From Nitrosopumilus sp. (GTDB taxonomy: Archaea; Thermoproteota; Nitrososphaeria; Nitrososphaerales; Nitrosopumilaceae), in NCBI GenBank assembly GCA_965205675.1, contig OZ242186.1, positions 1,248,001 through 1,312,000 of the forward strand: DNA of 64,000 nt, given 5' to 3'. Position numbers and translations under genes: made by a program. How positions within the stretch are numbered: the stretch's first letter is position 1; each line of letters begins with the position of its first letter. Under the pieces are notes generated by a model. That model had not been told where the DNA came from. It ran no database searches and saw only the letters and a list, made by a program, of their open reading frames with translations. Positions 41,305-52,168 of the stretch are shown here, piece by piece.

Positions 41305-42088
41305 GTTCCATCTCTTCTCTGGGGTTGATGTGAATATCCGGAGAATATCCCTTAGCATATTTGTCGGCATAACAGTTCTGCTTGTAGGACAGGTCTTTGT
41401 CAATGAATTCCTTGTGAGTTTTAATGTAGAGACATCAGAGACTGCAAAGAGTGGTGGAGAGATAATCATACAAAACAACGGTGTAATTCAAGCACATGAT
41501 GTCATGGCGTACTTGAAATTTACAGACGTTCCAAAAATAACCGATCATAATTGTTTGGAGGGAATAATTGATAGCAAATACAAAACAATAACCATACACT
41601 TTGACAGATTCTCTACAAACATTGCATGCGTGATACATCTTGAGGAATTCTCAGGTGCAGATGTTACAATAACTTCCGATGATAGGACGGCGCACACCGG
41701 CAAATACCAAGAGTTGTGGGGTCTGCTTTACTTTGTATCTGCCATGTTTTTCACAGGTGCAGGACTGGTGATTTTTGCAACATACGGGTTTGCAAGGAGA
41801 TGTTACTATAAGGCGGTGTTTTACTTTGGATGTCGAGGATTTGTGCCAATGGATTGCAGTGCGGAGATGTGCTCTGATATGCAAAAAGAATTCTCAATCA
41901 AGGTCTCTGATGCTGACATATCCATATTGTATCACATCTCGAACCAAAGAAAAACACTGTACCAAATAAAAGCACATACAAAATTATCTGTATCCTATGT
42001 GGCATATCGCATCATGCGCTTGAGATGTCACGGACTGGTAGAAAAAGACAACACCCCATCAGAGTTTATTCTAAACTATTTCAGATGA
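41237..42088 (+). CDS. TM - extracellular domain - TM - wHTH regulator (paralog of 17657; probable start near GTG 41330)
   Basis: Shares IxNxGxxQA, NC.EG, ITSDDR and the HTH (HTKLSVSYVAYRIMRL..GLV). Confidence 0.7.
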   Translation: MQLGESPGRQYWMSFLVHHRKHKFHLFSGVDVNIRRISLSIFVGITVLLVGQVFVNEFLVSFNVETSETAKSGGEIIIQNNGVIQAHDVMAYLKFTDVPKITDHNCLEGIIDSKYKTITIHFDRFSTNIACVIHLEEFSGADVTITSDDRTAHTGKYQELWGLLYFVSAMFFTGAGLVIFATYGFARRCYYKAVFYFGCRGFVPMDCSAEMCSDMQKEFSIKVSDADISILYHISNQRKTLYQIKAHTKLSVSYVAYRIMRLRCHGLVEKDNTPSEFILNYFR

Positions 42089-42462
42089 GGTTCCTGATGA
42101 TTGTGATGCCTTGCGAGTAATTTGATTTTGTTTTTTTACTATTTTCTTTCCTCCAACATGCCTCTAATTCATTATACCAGTTATGGGGTATGATCACTTT
42201 GAAAAGTTATGCCCAAAACTTGGCATGTCTTAAAATCGATCAGATGTGTTAACAGCAACATGGGAACCGCAAACACCAAAAGGAAGATGATCCGTATGTA
42301 TCAAGCCTCATGCCTAGAATTTGTTTTTAGTTTCCATTTTTGTTCCTGATGGGGCAGATGACCTTTGCCGGTTCTGGCAAATAGCCTGAGAATGTTTCAA
42401 AAATCCCCCATCTCTTTTTCTGCGATAATTATTCCCCTTTAATACAACTCTTTCTCTACTGT

Positions 42463-43062
42463 ATGATGAGAATCCTCTCGGTTCCGACAAAAAGCCTGTT
42501 GCACGTGCCGTTTTTGAACCTCAAGGTAATCTCTGTATCACTGCGACAGATACTGTACATTGTTGTATGTGTCGTGTTACTGGCACAGGCACTTCACGGA
42601 GAAGACAATGTGCTCTTGGCAGTTCCTGCCATGCTCTTTGCAGCACTTGCCTTTGTGCCATTTAAATTCATCACACCTGAGATGCATCTGATTCATGCAC
42701 TTGCGTTTCGATTCGCCAAACCCGAACACCATTCCAGAGACAAGACAAATTCCTCAGAAATGCTCTTTGCTGGAAGACAGTCATCTCAAATACAAGAAGA
42801 GCAGCAAGAGACAGTTCAGAGATTCACGATAAGTGATCTTGGTATGCCACATACCATATCCCTTGATACTACTGAGAAGAGACAGTTCGTGCCAGTCGGA
42901 ATAGAGATTGATGGCAAAGTGCTAGTAAATACTGCGACTGAAAGACATGGCAAAGTGTGCTGTACAATAATGATTGAGAGTCTGGGACCAAAAAAGATAC
43001 GTGTGATTCGCGCAGAAGATGACTCTGTTTTGTATGATAGGAGGGTAATATTTGAGGGCTAG
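42463..43062 (+). CDS. PrgI/VirB3-like conjugation membrane protein
   Basis: VSLRQILYIVV TM hairpin, LAFVPFKFITPE motif, soluble C-terminus; directly upstream of the VirB6-like gene. Confidence 0.55.
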   Translation: MMRILSVPTKSLLHVPFLNLKVISVSLRQILYIVVCVVLLAQALHGEDNVLLAVPAMLFAALAFVPFKFITPEMHLIHALAFRFAKPEHHSRDKTNSSEMLFAGRQSSQIQEEQQETVQRFTISDLGMPHTISLDTTEKRQFVPVGIEIDGKVLVNTATERHGKVCCTIMIESLGPKKIRVIRAEDDSVLYDRRVIFEG

Positions 43063-44902
43063 TCTTGATGCCGTATTGTACAGCAGCCCCATATGTAACA
43101 TAAAGAGATTTTTGCAAAGACCTCTTTCTGGAATAATTCCGGTTCCGGGCCTTGAGGCTGCCATCATACTTGCCTCTGCAATACTCACTGTGGTCTTTAT
43201 GATATCTGCCCTGAACTATATGACATCAAATGTGGAAGGAGAATTTGTCAGGCTGATCACTGACATGCCCAAATTCGACTTTCAGATAGTAGACGGGGCA
43301 GAGACTGGCAACTCTGCGTTTCTTATCTTCTCGATGCTGCGAGACTTGGCAAACTATTTCTTTGTCTTTGTTTTCATTCTTGTCGGAATACTTGTGATGT
43401 TTAAGCAAGCAGGTCTGGTCTCAAGCGAGACGATAAAAAAGATGTTTCTCGGAGCTGCTGGCGGGATAATACTATTAATGATATTTCCGTACATTTGGGA
43501 TCCGGTATCTGAAGCAGTTGAGATGTTCTCAATATCGCTTCTAAATCCAATGTACTCTTTTGACGAATCAAACCCGTGCGTCGCAGCAACTGATCCTCGT
43601 GGACTGTTGTTTGCTGAGCAGAACGCCGAGATCGGCAAGCGCTCTACGTTCTTTGGGCTGGGACTATCCACTGATGATTTGTGCAGACCTGACTTGCGAA
43701 TATCCTACATGTTTGCAAAGGTAAGGTATGGCGCAGACGTTGGAACTGCCTTTGAGACAGGCAGCGATCTTGAGGTGCTGACAAACTTTGCAAGCCAGAT
43801 ATCTGAGAGCTTTGTAACTACTATCTTTACTGGATTGACCAAAACTGTGATGCTGTTTTACATGGCTACAATGACTGCCCTGGTTGGCAATGTCCGTTAT
43901 TTGCTGGTAAATGTGATTGCAATAGCCCTGCCCTTGCTACTTGTGTTCCGCTCTCTTCCGTTTTTCTATATCGACAAGATATCAAATACGCTGCTATCGA
44001 CATGGGTTCCGCTAGTTATGGTGCCGATATTTTCCTGTCTGATAATTCTTGCAGGAACGTCAGACCTGCTTGACAGGGAAGCACAAGTATCTGACGGGGT
44101 CGACAGATATGACTTTTGGCTGCACTCCATGTCAGTAATGATGCTTGCGGTAATGATACCGATAATTGTCGCACCCATATTGGGTTCGCTCTCAAATACA
44201 ATGGGGCAGATGGTAATGTCCGGTGTGATGTCAGGAGTAATGGGTGGCGCTGCAATGGCTCAGGGCGCTGCCTCAAGGGCGGGCGGCGGAATTGCACAAA
44301 GGTTTGCAGCAGGCCGGTCTGCAATGGGACCCTCCTCGATGAGCGGCGCAATAAGTATTCCCGGAGCTGCCGGTGGATTTGCCGGCGGACTAAAGGCGGC
44401 ATTTGGCAAGGCAGGAATCGCATCAACTGCCAAGGACGTGACACATGGACTGGGAACTGGAGCCACTGGCATGATACAGTCCGATGCGTTTCAGGCTGGC
44501 CGTGCAGCTCCTGGTGTCAGCATGGGTCCTGTCAACTTTGATTCGTTTGCACGAGATGCCGGAGTGATTCCAATTAATGGCGGCATCAGACCCGGACTGG
44601 TAACACTTGCACAATCTCAAGCATCTGGTGCTGCCTCCGCAGCTCCTCCTGTTATAGTTACAGGCGGCGGCACTCTTCCGGCAGGTGAGGTCATGAGAAC
44701 AGGATCTCCGATATTTGCAGGAGGTGGCGGCACTCCGGCAGTCAGTGCACCGCAGCAAGGTGCCATGCCAAGGGGATTCTCGCATCCTCCTGCAGGTGAT
44801 GGCGGTGCGACATATACTGCTGGGGGACAAAGGGTTGGTACAAGTCCTGTTGGGAATCCAAAGGAGAAATTCAAAGGAAGTAAAGACAGGGGGAAGGTCT
44901 GA
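43052..44902 (+). CDS. VirB6/TrbL-like polytopic membrane protein
   Basis: About 7 TM helices, AIALPL and MIPII motifs, and a long Gly/Ala-rich C-terminal tail. Confidence 0.7.
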   Translation: MRASLDAVLYSSPICNIKRFLQRPLSGIIPVPGLEAAIILASAILTVVFMISALNYMTSNVEGEFVRLITDMPKFDFQIVDGAETGNSAFLIFSMLRDLANYFFVFVFILVGILVMFKQAGLVSSETIKKMFLGAAGGIILLMIFPYIWDPVSEAVEMFSISLLNPMYSFDESNPCVAATDPRGLLFAEQNAEIGKRSTFFGLGLSTDDLCRPDLRISYMFAKVRYGADVGTAFETGSDLEVLTNFASQISESFVTTIFTGLTKTVMLFYMATMTALVGNVRYLLVNVIAIALPLLLVFRSLPFFYIDKISNTLLSTWVPLVMVPIFSCLIILAGTSDLLDREAQVSDGVDRYDFWLHSMSVMMLAVMIPIIVAPILGSLSNTMGQMVMSGVMSGVMGGAAMAQGAASRAGGGIAQRFAAGRSAMGPSSMSGAISIPGAAGGFAGGLKAAFGKAGIASTAKDVTHGLGTGATGMIQSDAFQAGRAAPGVSMGPVNFDSFARDAGVIPINGGIRPGLVTLAQSQASGAASAAPPVIVTGGGTLPAGEVMRTGSPIFAGGGGTPAVSAPQQGAMPRGFSHPPAGDGGATYTAGGQRVGTSPVGNPKEKFKGSKDRGKV

Positions 44903-44987
44903 CATTGCACCGCCCCATGACCACACATCATACTCGACTGTACAGGCACAAAAACCAAACAATCTTTAAAAACTCTGGTGAGATAGT

Positions 44988-46928
44988 ATGCCCATGTTAG
45001 CACTGATGCCGGGAGAAATCCAGATAATGGAGGTGCCCCTCAAGAAAAACAAGACGCTTTCTGCAAGCAACACAAGAATTGTCGTATATGGGAATGACGG
45101 CATGACGTTTGCAGCACCCATAGAAACGGTGCGTTCTGTAACTCCAATAAAAAAAGATGCCGTGCGAATTCAGCATTACTCCCAAAAGGCAGACGGCTCA
45201 GCCAAAAGGGAGTTTTCTGATTACAAGTTACATGATTCTAAATATTCAGCAGCCCAGGTATGCCACAAGATAGTCCGGGAATATGAGAAACTGGAGACCT
45301 TTGCAACAAATGCCAAGGGACTGCTAATCCTAAAGCCCCACGAACACATCATCACCACATACAGTGATGCCAAGACAAACCAAGGAAAGGGACTGCTCTA
45401 TGTGACAAACCTCGGAATCGCACTGGAGGTCCCTGACGAGGGAGTCGTATGTGATGTGCCATTTGAGAACTTTTCACTGGTTACCGCACTCAAAAAGAAA
45501 AAGATACGCATTGTATGGTATGAGGGATCCTCAAAGTTCAAGTTTGACTTTGAGATAGGTGCAGGGCGCGATGATATAATGTCAATGATGCAAAATGCAC
45601 TGGACCAGCACCGCACCAATACCGGATATCATTTTTTACAGCTGGAACAAAAATATTCCAAGCTGACACCTGACGAGTTTTATGCACTGGCCCAATCTGC
45701 AAACCCCGAATTTTTTGACTATCTGAGACGCCACGCAATTCACACCTTTGGGTTTTATGCTGTAAAGTTTACCGACGGCGATGAAAGCGTAATAATGGCC
45801 TGCAAGATGCTGGGATATCCAATAGAGATGATATCTGATATTTCAGATGAGGAGATGAATCAGAGAAAGACCACATATGACTCTGCATTAAGATACACTA
45901 ATTTCATTGCAGAGTGGAGGGGACAAAAGGCAGAGCTTGACTCACTTGAGAAGCAGTGCAGTACTGCTGATGATCTCAAAGTATTGCAAAAGACTGAAAA
46001 GTACAAAAAAATTCAAGAGTCCATGGATAGTCTCTGCAGAGAGAACAGCGAGTTTGGAGATTACGGCGCATACAAAATGGAGCTGCAGGCATCAGCTTGG
46101 GGACTCCAAGCAGATGACAGACGCTCTCAAATAATCTATGAAAAGTGGTGTGAGAGCAATCCTTTACCTGACATAAGTGATGACGTATATGATGAGTCGT
46201 GGGTGCGATATCTCTCTGAGAAACTAAACAACTCAAAGGGAAGAAATCCGCTTGTTACGTCACATCCGCACTTTGAGCACCTGCAAGACGACATTAAAAC
46301 CAAAAATCGAAACGCATCCACACTTGAGATGTTCACTGCACCTGAGGGAATCCCAGATGAGGATATTTACAACAACTGCTGGCATGACAGGCGCTCCAAG
46401 ATGTGGTATGTCCAAAATGACAATTTAAATGAGCATCTACGCAATGCCGCGGTATCTGATCCTGACCACTCACAGCACGTGTGTGGCAGACGTGTATGGG
46501 GATTCTCTGAAGATGTCGTTGAGATGTTTTGCGGACTGCCGGCAGTATCAGTGCAGTATGATGAAAAGGACTATTATTATCGTGTAAAGGTCAGCAGAAG
46601 GACAGGCCGTGAGGTTAATTATTTATCAAAGGCAATCCTTCCATTTATCCTGCCAATTCTTAGAGAGGAGGATGTTACAGAAGAGAGGGCATCACATAAT
46701 GGAAAATGGGTCCGTGAAACAAGCGCCCTTGCATACTCCGTTGACTCTACAGGTTCTGAATTAAATCGCACCCCAAAAGAGTACGAACTGTACTGCAAAA
46801 AATGGGGCTTTGTACATCTGCCAATAGCTGAGAGGGTGAGACGCGCCGTGTTTTCTGTAATGTCTGGCATTACACTAGAGGAGATAGAGACAGAGAAAGG
46901 AATGCCTGAAGAACTGACTAATCTTTGA
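44988..46928 (+). CDS. Hypothetical protein with two N-terminal PH/GRAM-like domains
   Basis: L.PGE..TLSASNTRIVV..PIETVRSV and LKPHE..GLLYVTNLGIAL..VPFENFSLV. Confidence 0.55.
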   Translation: MPMLALMPGEIQIMEVPLKKNKTLSASNTRIVVYGNDGMTFAAPIETVRSVTPIKKDAVRIQHYSQKADGSAKREFSDYKLHDSKYSAAQVCHKIVREYEKLETFATNAKGLLILKPHEHIITTYSDAKTNQGKGLLYVTNLGIALEVPDEGVVCDVPFENFSLVTALKKKKIRIVWYEGSSKFKFDFEIGAGRDDIMSMMQNALDQHRTNTGYHFLQLEQKYSKLTPDEFYALAQSANPEFFDYLRRHAIHTFGFYAVKFTDGDESVIMACKMLGYPIEMISDISDEEMNQRKTTYDSALRYTNFIAEWRGQKAELDSLEKQCSTADDLKVLQKTEKYKKIQESMDSLCRENSEFGDYGAYKMELQASAWGLQADDRRSQIIYEKWCESNPLPDISDDVYDESWVRYLSEKLNNSKGRNPLVTSHPHFEHLQDDIKTKNRNASTLEMFTAPEGIPDEDIYNNCWHDRRSKMWYVQNDNLNEHLRNAAVSDPDHSQHVCGRRVWGFSEDVVEMFCGLPAVSVQYDEKDYYYRVKVSRRTGREVNYLSKAILPFILPILREEDVTEERASHNGKWVRETSALAYSVDSTGSELNRTPKEYELYCKKWGFVHLPIAERVRRAVFSVMSGITLEEIETEKGMPEELTNL

Positions 46929-47171
46929 GAGTCATTGTATCTTGTAGGAGAGAGTGTTTTGTCTGAATTTTCGAGTCGGTGTAAAAAGATGTGCAGGAGA
47001 TAAAGACCATCGAAGGCGGCGTGTCGGAAGTGTGATATTTGATGTGTACAGTCAATCTCTGATTAATCATTGCCAATACCGTTTCCTGGAATTAAAATAT
47101 GCTGAGAGTCTCACCTGCCCTTTATCAAAATACAAAAATGCCCACTTAATACAAAAAACCCAGTATCATAT

Positions 47172-49907
47172 ATGCTGTATGTAGTGATTCTTGCCACGCT
47201 CCTCATTGCAGGAATTGTAGGCGTGAGCGTGATTGCAGTTGATAACGTAACTAGTGTCTCAAATACTGCAACTGATTCTGCAAAAATCGACAACCTCAGA
47301 AATTCAGAATACATTGATGCATATTTTGATGGTGCAGATATCCACCTGGAGAACCGCGGTCGAGATACCTCGGAGATTGCAATGATACGTTTCTATGATG
47401 ATAAAGGAGATGAGGTGAGAATAATCCACCTTCCTGATGGGACTGACCGTGTATTTGGTGGCGACATGCCTTCTACTGCATCAACTGATCTGACATATGA
47501 TGATTCGCAGCTCTTGCCACACGACCCGCAAATCATTACTGTTCCAATTCACAACTCTACTGTATCGGGGGAAATAATAACAAAATATGGCAACGTGATC
47601 CCGATAAGAAACATGCATCCTGATAGCCTTGGTGATGAAACCGGTGATGGCAGTAACACAAACGGTACTGCCACTGTAAATGGACTCGGATTAAACTCAA
47701 GGATTGCCCAAAAAGATTTTGATGGCGTCATTGTTACAGGTAGTTCTAATTCTGTCGGAGATGCTCATGACGTTGTGCCGTATCTGTCGATTCCCCGCAC
47801 AACAGCGGATTCCCGCCCATACGTTGCAATTATTGGAGATACCGATCCGGTGACGGTACATAACATTCCCACTCTTGATTCTCGTTATGAATTACGTGAT
47901 GGTTACCTACACGATAGAAATGCCCAGAATCTGCTGTTGTTTTCAAATAACACTGTTGTTGGTGGTCAAAATAGTTTTAGCATCCGTAGCGGCTACTATG
48001 AAGTTACAGGAAACGGCACAACCATTTTCAAAATAGACGAGTCGCTTTACGGTAGAATACTTGATCTTAGCGGTTCTGTTCCATCAGGCAGCTCTTTGAA
48101 AATTGTAACATCGGAGAAAAACCTCAATGACGGTGACATATATCAGTCTCTGCTTGGCCGGGATGACCCACCTCAGCATGAATATGGGTATTATATTGGA
48201 GACATGACGTGTACTGATCTAGTTCGTGAAGGATCTTATGATTTCAATTACCGGCGTGATCTGTTTCGGTCTATAGACCAATATGATTTGAAATGCCTTA
48301 TGGATGAAGTACCGATTTCACACCCGTCCAATGTTTATGTCTATCATGAAGAGACATTTGTTAAAAGAGAATATGGTTCTAATTGTGGATCTAATCCTAG
48401 CCTCCCGGGCTGTTTTATCGGGGTTAACCCCCGCTGGCAGCATGGTACAATTACTCTGAGCACAATAACAGCTACACCATCTCACAGCGATGTTCCAAAT
48501 GCATTATACATAGATCTGATTTCAGAGAAAAACCAAACTGGGGTTCACATGCTAAGTGGAATGGTCGTCAATATGGACGATGCTTTTTCGCAAAAGTGTT
48601 ACCCATGTACCAAATATGATATATGGAACATTGATAATCGCCCTGAGACACCATCATATCACGTATTTGATGATGCGGTCCTAGCAGACAGGACTTGGGA
48701 ATTTGGTCCTGCAATCAATGAAGAATTTGTGTTTCCAATTACTAATTCTTATATCATAATTGAGCCAAACGGCCAGACAGTTAGGATTCGTGCATCAAAT
48801 GATTCTCATTCCAATGGTGACTTTGACTCCTCCGTTCTTTCGATAACTAATATTGATCCTTCTACGCCGTTTCGCATAATGAAGGACGACAAGGTTATGG
48901 CTACAGGGGTATCGAATCGTAACGGTGGCATTTATACCGTCTCGCTGAATCTTGATACTGATATAGGCGATAAGACAGACGAGGGATGGAAATTGCATCT
49001 GTATCCTGAATCATCTGTTCATCGCGATCTCTTTGACTTTGTGATCTTTGACCCCATAAACGATCAGAAAATACAGAAAACACACACTGATGATGATGAG
49101 CGCACGGTGTATGTCACTCATACATACGTGCGTCTACCATTGGTCGGGGGGATAAATGTTACTGATATGAGGCTTCTTGAAGATGATGGTGGGAATTTAA
49201 TGCCACTGAATCTGGACTATCTGAATAAATACTATGACGGAAACACTATCGAGGTTCCTATCATTCCGGGATATGATTCCATTGACTTTTATGCAAACGG
49301 CATACATGCAAATATCAAATATGTTGACGTTTTGGGCCGCCCTGAAATTATGATTGCCGAACCCGACTCATCGCATGTCAGTTACATACATCCTTCCCGC
49401 GACATACGTTCAGTTGAAACTCGAGTTGGTACTACTGCATATGCCATCGCAACATCTGCTGGTACCATGCATGCCATTGTGTCTGAGACACTGTCAGGCA
49501 GTGCAACAATCACAAACAAATATGATTTACAAAAGATTCCACCTCCTCCTCCGCCCCCAAGGAGATATGATCCTCTTACCGGCTGGGTCGAAGTCTATGT
49601 AAATGGAGATCTTCAGAAAAGGACGGAGTTGGGTATAGACGCATTTCCTGACTTTACTAACTCCCATGATCGAAGCGGCCGGACTGTAACGGTTGGTGTG
49701 GAATACGCGTATCCGACCACTTTCATGCAGGCAACAGTGTCAGTTGATGTAGAACCGGGAGATTTTGTAGAGTTTTATCTGTATGGTCACATACAAGGAG
49801 ACATTGAAGAGTATGTGGCGCCACGTGGATGGCGAATTGTCTCTGAATCAGGAGAATCAAGTGCCCATGTGACCCTTCACAGCGCATCAATTCTAACCGG
49901 CCAGTAG
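47172..49907 (+). CDS. Large pilin-like adhesin
   Basis: N-terminal hydrophobic helix, pilin-like IHLENRG..EIAMIRF and IITKYGN, long beta-rich body and a polyproline linker. Confidence 0.65.
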   Translation: MLYVVILATLLIAGIVGVSVIAVDNVTSVSNTATDSAKIDNLRNSEYIDAYFDGADIHLENRGRDTSEIAMIRFYDDKGDEVRIIHLPDGTDRVFGGDMPSTASTDLTYDDSQLLPHDPQIITVPIHNSTVSGEIITKYGNVIPIRNMHPDSLGDETGDGSNTNGTATVNGLGLNSRIAQKDFDGVIVTGSSNSVGDAHDVVPYLSIPRTTADSRPYVAIIGDTDPVTVHNIPTLDSRYELRDGYLHDRNAQNLLLFSNNTVVGGQNSFSIRSGYYEVTGNGTTIFKIDESLYGRILDLSGSVPSGSSLKIVTSEKNLNDGDIYQSLLGRDDPPQHEYGYYIGDMTCTDLVREGSYDFNYRRDLFRSIDQYDLKCLMDEVPISHPSNVYVYHEETFVKREYGSNCGSNPSLPGCFIGVNPRWQHGTITLSTITATPSHSDVPNALYIDLISEKNQTGVHMLSGMVVNMDDAFSQKCYPCTKYDIWNIDNRPETPSYHVFDDAVLADRTWEFGPAINEEFVFPITNSYIIIEPNGQTVRIRASNDSHSNGDFDSSVLSITNIDPSTPFRIMKDDKVMATGVSNRNGGIYTVSLNLDTDIGDKTDEGWKLHLYPESSVHRDLFDFVIFDPINDQKIQKTHTDDDERTVYVTHTYVRLPLVGGINVTDMRLLEDDGGNLMPLNLDYLNKYYDGNTIEVPIIPGYDSIDFYANGIHANIKYVDVLGRPEIMIAEPDSSHVSYIHPSRDIRSVETRVGTTAYAIATSAGTMHAIVSETLSGSATITNKYDLQKIPPPPPPPRRYDPLTGWVEVYVNGDLQKRTELGIDAFPDFTNSHDRSGRTVTVGVEYAYPTTFMQATVSVDVEPGDFVEFYLYGHIQGDIEEYVAPRGWRIVSESGESSAHVTLHSASILTGQ

Positions 49908-49947
49908 CGATAAATAATGCAGACGCTGCACTCTGATGATTTTATCG

Positions 49948-50328
49948 TTATTTTGCATCAGAGGAACCGGCAGGTTCGCGATGCCTCGTTAACTTGCCAG
50001 TTCCAAATCCAATCTTGATTATTGTAGTGGAACTGCATTTAGAGCATATTTGAGGTTGCTCAGTTTTCTCAATTTTGTTCTGAATTGAGATATTTTCTTT
50101 TAGCATGATACAGCTCCGAATGTGCTTACAGTGTTTGTTGTCTTTAGTTCTCAACCTAAAATGAAAATCATCACATTGGCAAACCCATACATCTGTATCT
50201 CTTAGCTTCTCAACACTGTATCTCTTATCTGAGTTTTGAGATTCTACAATAAAATGATTGTTTGTAACTTTTCTAATTGAGTTTGTCTTTGAATAGATCT
50301 GAGTTGCTTTTTGCTCTCTTTGATTCAT
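49948..50328 (-). pseudogene. Truncated N-terminus of a SWIM/Zn-ribbon DDE transposase
   Basis: VESQ..Y.V..WVCQCDDF..CKHI SWIM motif, then CSKCSS..IIKIG, then an abrupt end. Confidence 0.75.
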
Positions 50329-50411
50329 ACATAATATTATCCGTATGCTTATTTATTGCTTACTGTTAACCGATCGCTTATTATAGATGAGATATAATTA
50401 AAAAACATAAT

Positions 50412-50585
50412 TTGACACGTTGGAAAAAAGATGAGAGTGATTTTTTAGTAAGATTATCAGATGATGGAAGACACAGTACAATTTGCAGAATACCAAAACC
50501 GATCTTGCAATTCCTAAATAATCCAGAAGCTATTAGGTTTGTAATTGAGGGTAAGAAGATCACAGTCAAAAGAGGTTTGAAATAG
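50412..50585 (+). CDS. AbrB-like small regulator (not in ORF track)
   Basis: TTG start; MTRWKKDESDFLVRLSDDGRHSTICRIPKPILQFLNNPEAIRFVIEGKKITVKRGLK; stop overlaps the MTase start. Confidence 0.7.
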   Translation: MTRWKKDESDFLVRLSDDGRHSTICRIPKPILQFLNNPEAIRFVIEGKKITVKRGLK

Positions 50586-52168
50586 TGCTTACAAAATGTG
50601 CTGAAGAAATTCCAAAATCATATACTGGTATCTATTCTATGCACAAGTATTGGTCAAAAAAACCATTTAATGTAATTGACAGGTATATTCAAACATACAC
50701 AAAACCAGATGATATAGTATTAGACCCATTTCTAGGATCTGGAATTAGCAGTATAGAATCTATTTTTTCGAATAGACGAACAGTTGGTATTGATATTAAT
50801 CCCATGTCCACATTCATAACAAAGCAAATGCTGGAAAATATTGATCCTAAAGTCATAGATGAGGAATTCCTAAAACTACAAGATGTCCTACGTAAGCAAA
50901 TCGATAGCCTATACGAAATACAAGTAGATGATATGTCATTTACAGGCTCACATTTTATTTACAAAAATGAACAACTAGTGGAGATATGGTACAAAGATAA
51001 CAAAACAAAAAAAATAGTCGATATGACAAAACCGACCAATGTCAAAACAATGAAAGATTTTACTTATGAAAACATCAAGACTGTTTTGCCTACAAAAAAA
51101 TTAGTCAAGAACTCAAGAATAAATGCCAAGGAAGGAATGTCAGTTTATGATTTGTTTACTCCTAGAAACGCATTGGCATTGTCTATGTTGTTAGAGGAAA
51201 TAAACAAGATTCAAGATATCAAATTGAGGGATTTTTTCAGATTTTGTTTTACAGCCTGTTCTGGTCAGGCTAGCAAAATGGTATTTGTCATTAATAAGCG
51301 TAAAAAAATGAAAGGTGAGCATACTGTATCAGACAGAAAGGAAGTTGGAAGCTGGGTAATAGGATATTGGATTCCTAAGGAACATTTTGAAATAAATGCC
51401 TGGAATTGTTTTGAAAACAGATACAAGAGAATTCTAAAAGCTAAAAAAGAATTTTTTCAATCAAATCCAAATGTGAGATATGTAAGAAATTTCAAAAGTC
51501 TGGAAAATAATCAAGGTAACATATTATTAATTAATGACAGTTGTTACACAGCACTAAAGACAATACCTGATAATTCAGTTGACTATGTCATAACAGATCC
51601 GCCTCATGGTGATAGATTGCCATATTTAGAATTGAGTATGATGTGGAATGATTGGCTAGATTTTGATGTAAACATGGATAAGGAGCTTGTTGTAAGTGAT
51701 GCAAAAGCGAGAGATAAGACAGTTACAGAATACATGATATTGTTAGAAAAAATACTAGTTGAGATTAACAGGGTTTTAAAAAATGGCAAATATTTTACAT
51801 TGATGTTTAATAACTATGATCAACAAGTGTGGGGGAAACTACAAGAAATTCTGTTTGGTTTGGATTTGGAATTATCAGATGTTAGTACGATAGGTTATTC
51901 TGCATCATCAGTGATTCAAGATAGCAGAAAAGGTGGATTGAAAACAGATTTTATATTTACTTTTAAGAAAAATACCTCAATCAGAAATAAGAAATTCGGC
52001 ATTGCAGATCAAAATATGGTTGATAGTCTGATCTCTGATTATCTAAACAAAAACAAAGATCATTCTTTATATAAAATACTAAATTATGTCATAATCTATC
52101 TCATTTCCAATAGATTAATTTTTGACATAAAATCAGTTATATCATCAATATCATTGAAATTTCAATGA
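50585..52168 (+). CDS. Amino-DNA methyltransferase (type II R-M)
   Basis: MHKYWSKKP, VLDPFLGSG, DYVITDPPH and EINRVLK. Confidence 0.92.
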   Translation: MLTKCAEEIPKSYTGIYSMHKYWSKKPFNVIDRYIQTYTKPDDIVLDPFLGSGISSIESIFSNRRTVGIDINPMSTFITKQMLENIDPKVIDEEFLKLQDVLRKQIDSLYEIQVDDMSFTGSHFIYKNEQLVEIWYKDNKTKKIVDMTKPTNVKTMKDFTYENIKTVLPTKKLVKNSRINAKEGMSVYDLFTPRNALALSMLLEEINKIQDIKLRDFFRFCFTACSGQASKMVFVINKRKKMKGEHTVSDRKEVGSWVIGYWIPKEHFEINAWNCFENRYKRILKAKKEFFQSNPNVRYVRNFKSLENNQGNILLINDSCYTALKTIPDNSVDYVITDPPHGDRLPYLELSMMWNDWLDFDVNMDKELVVSDAKARDKTVTEYMILLEKILVEINRVLKNGKYFTLMFNNYDQQVWGKLQEILFGLDLELSDVSTIGYSASSVIQDSRKGGLKTDFIFTFKKNTSIRNKKFGIADQNMVDSLISDYLNKNKDHSLYKILNYVIIYLISNRLIFDIKSVISSISLKFQ

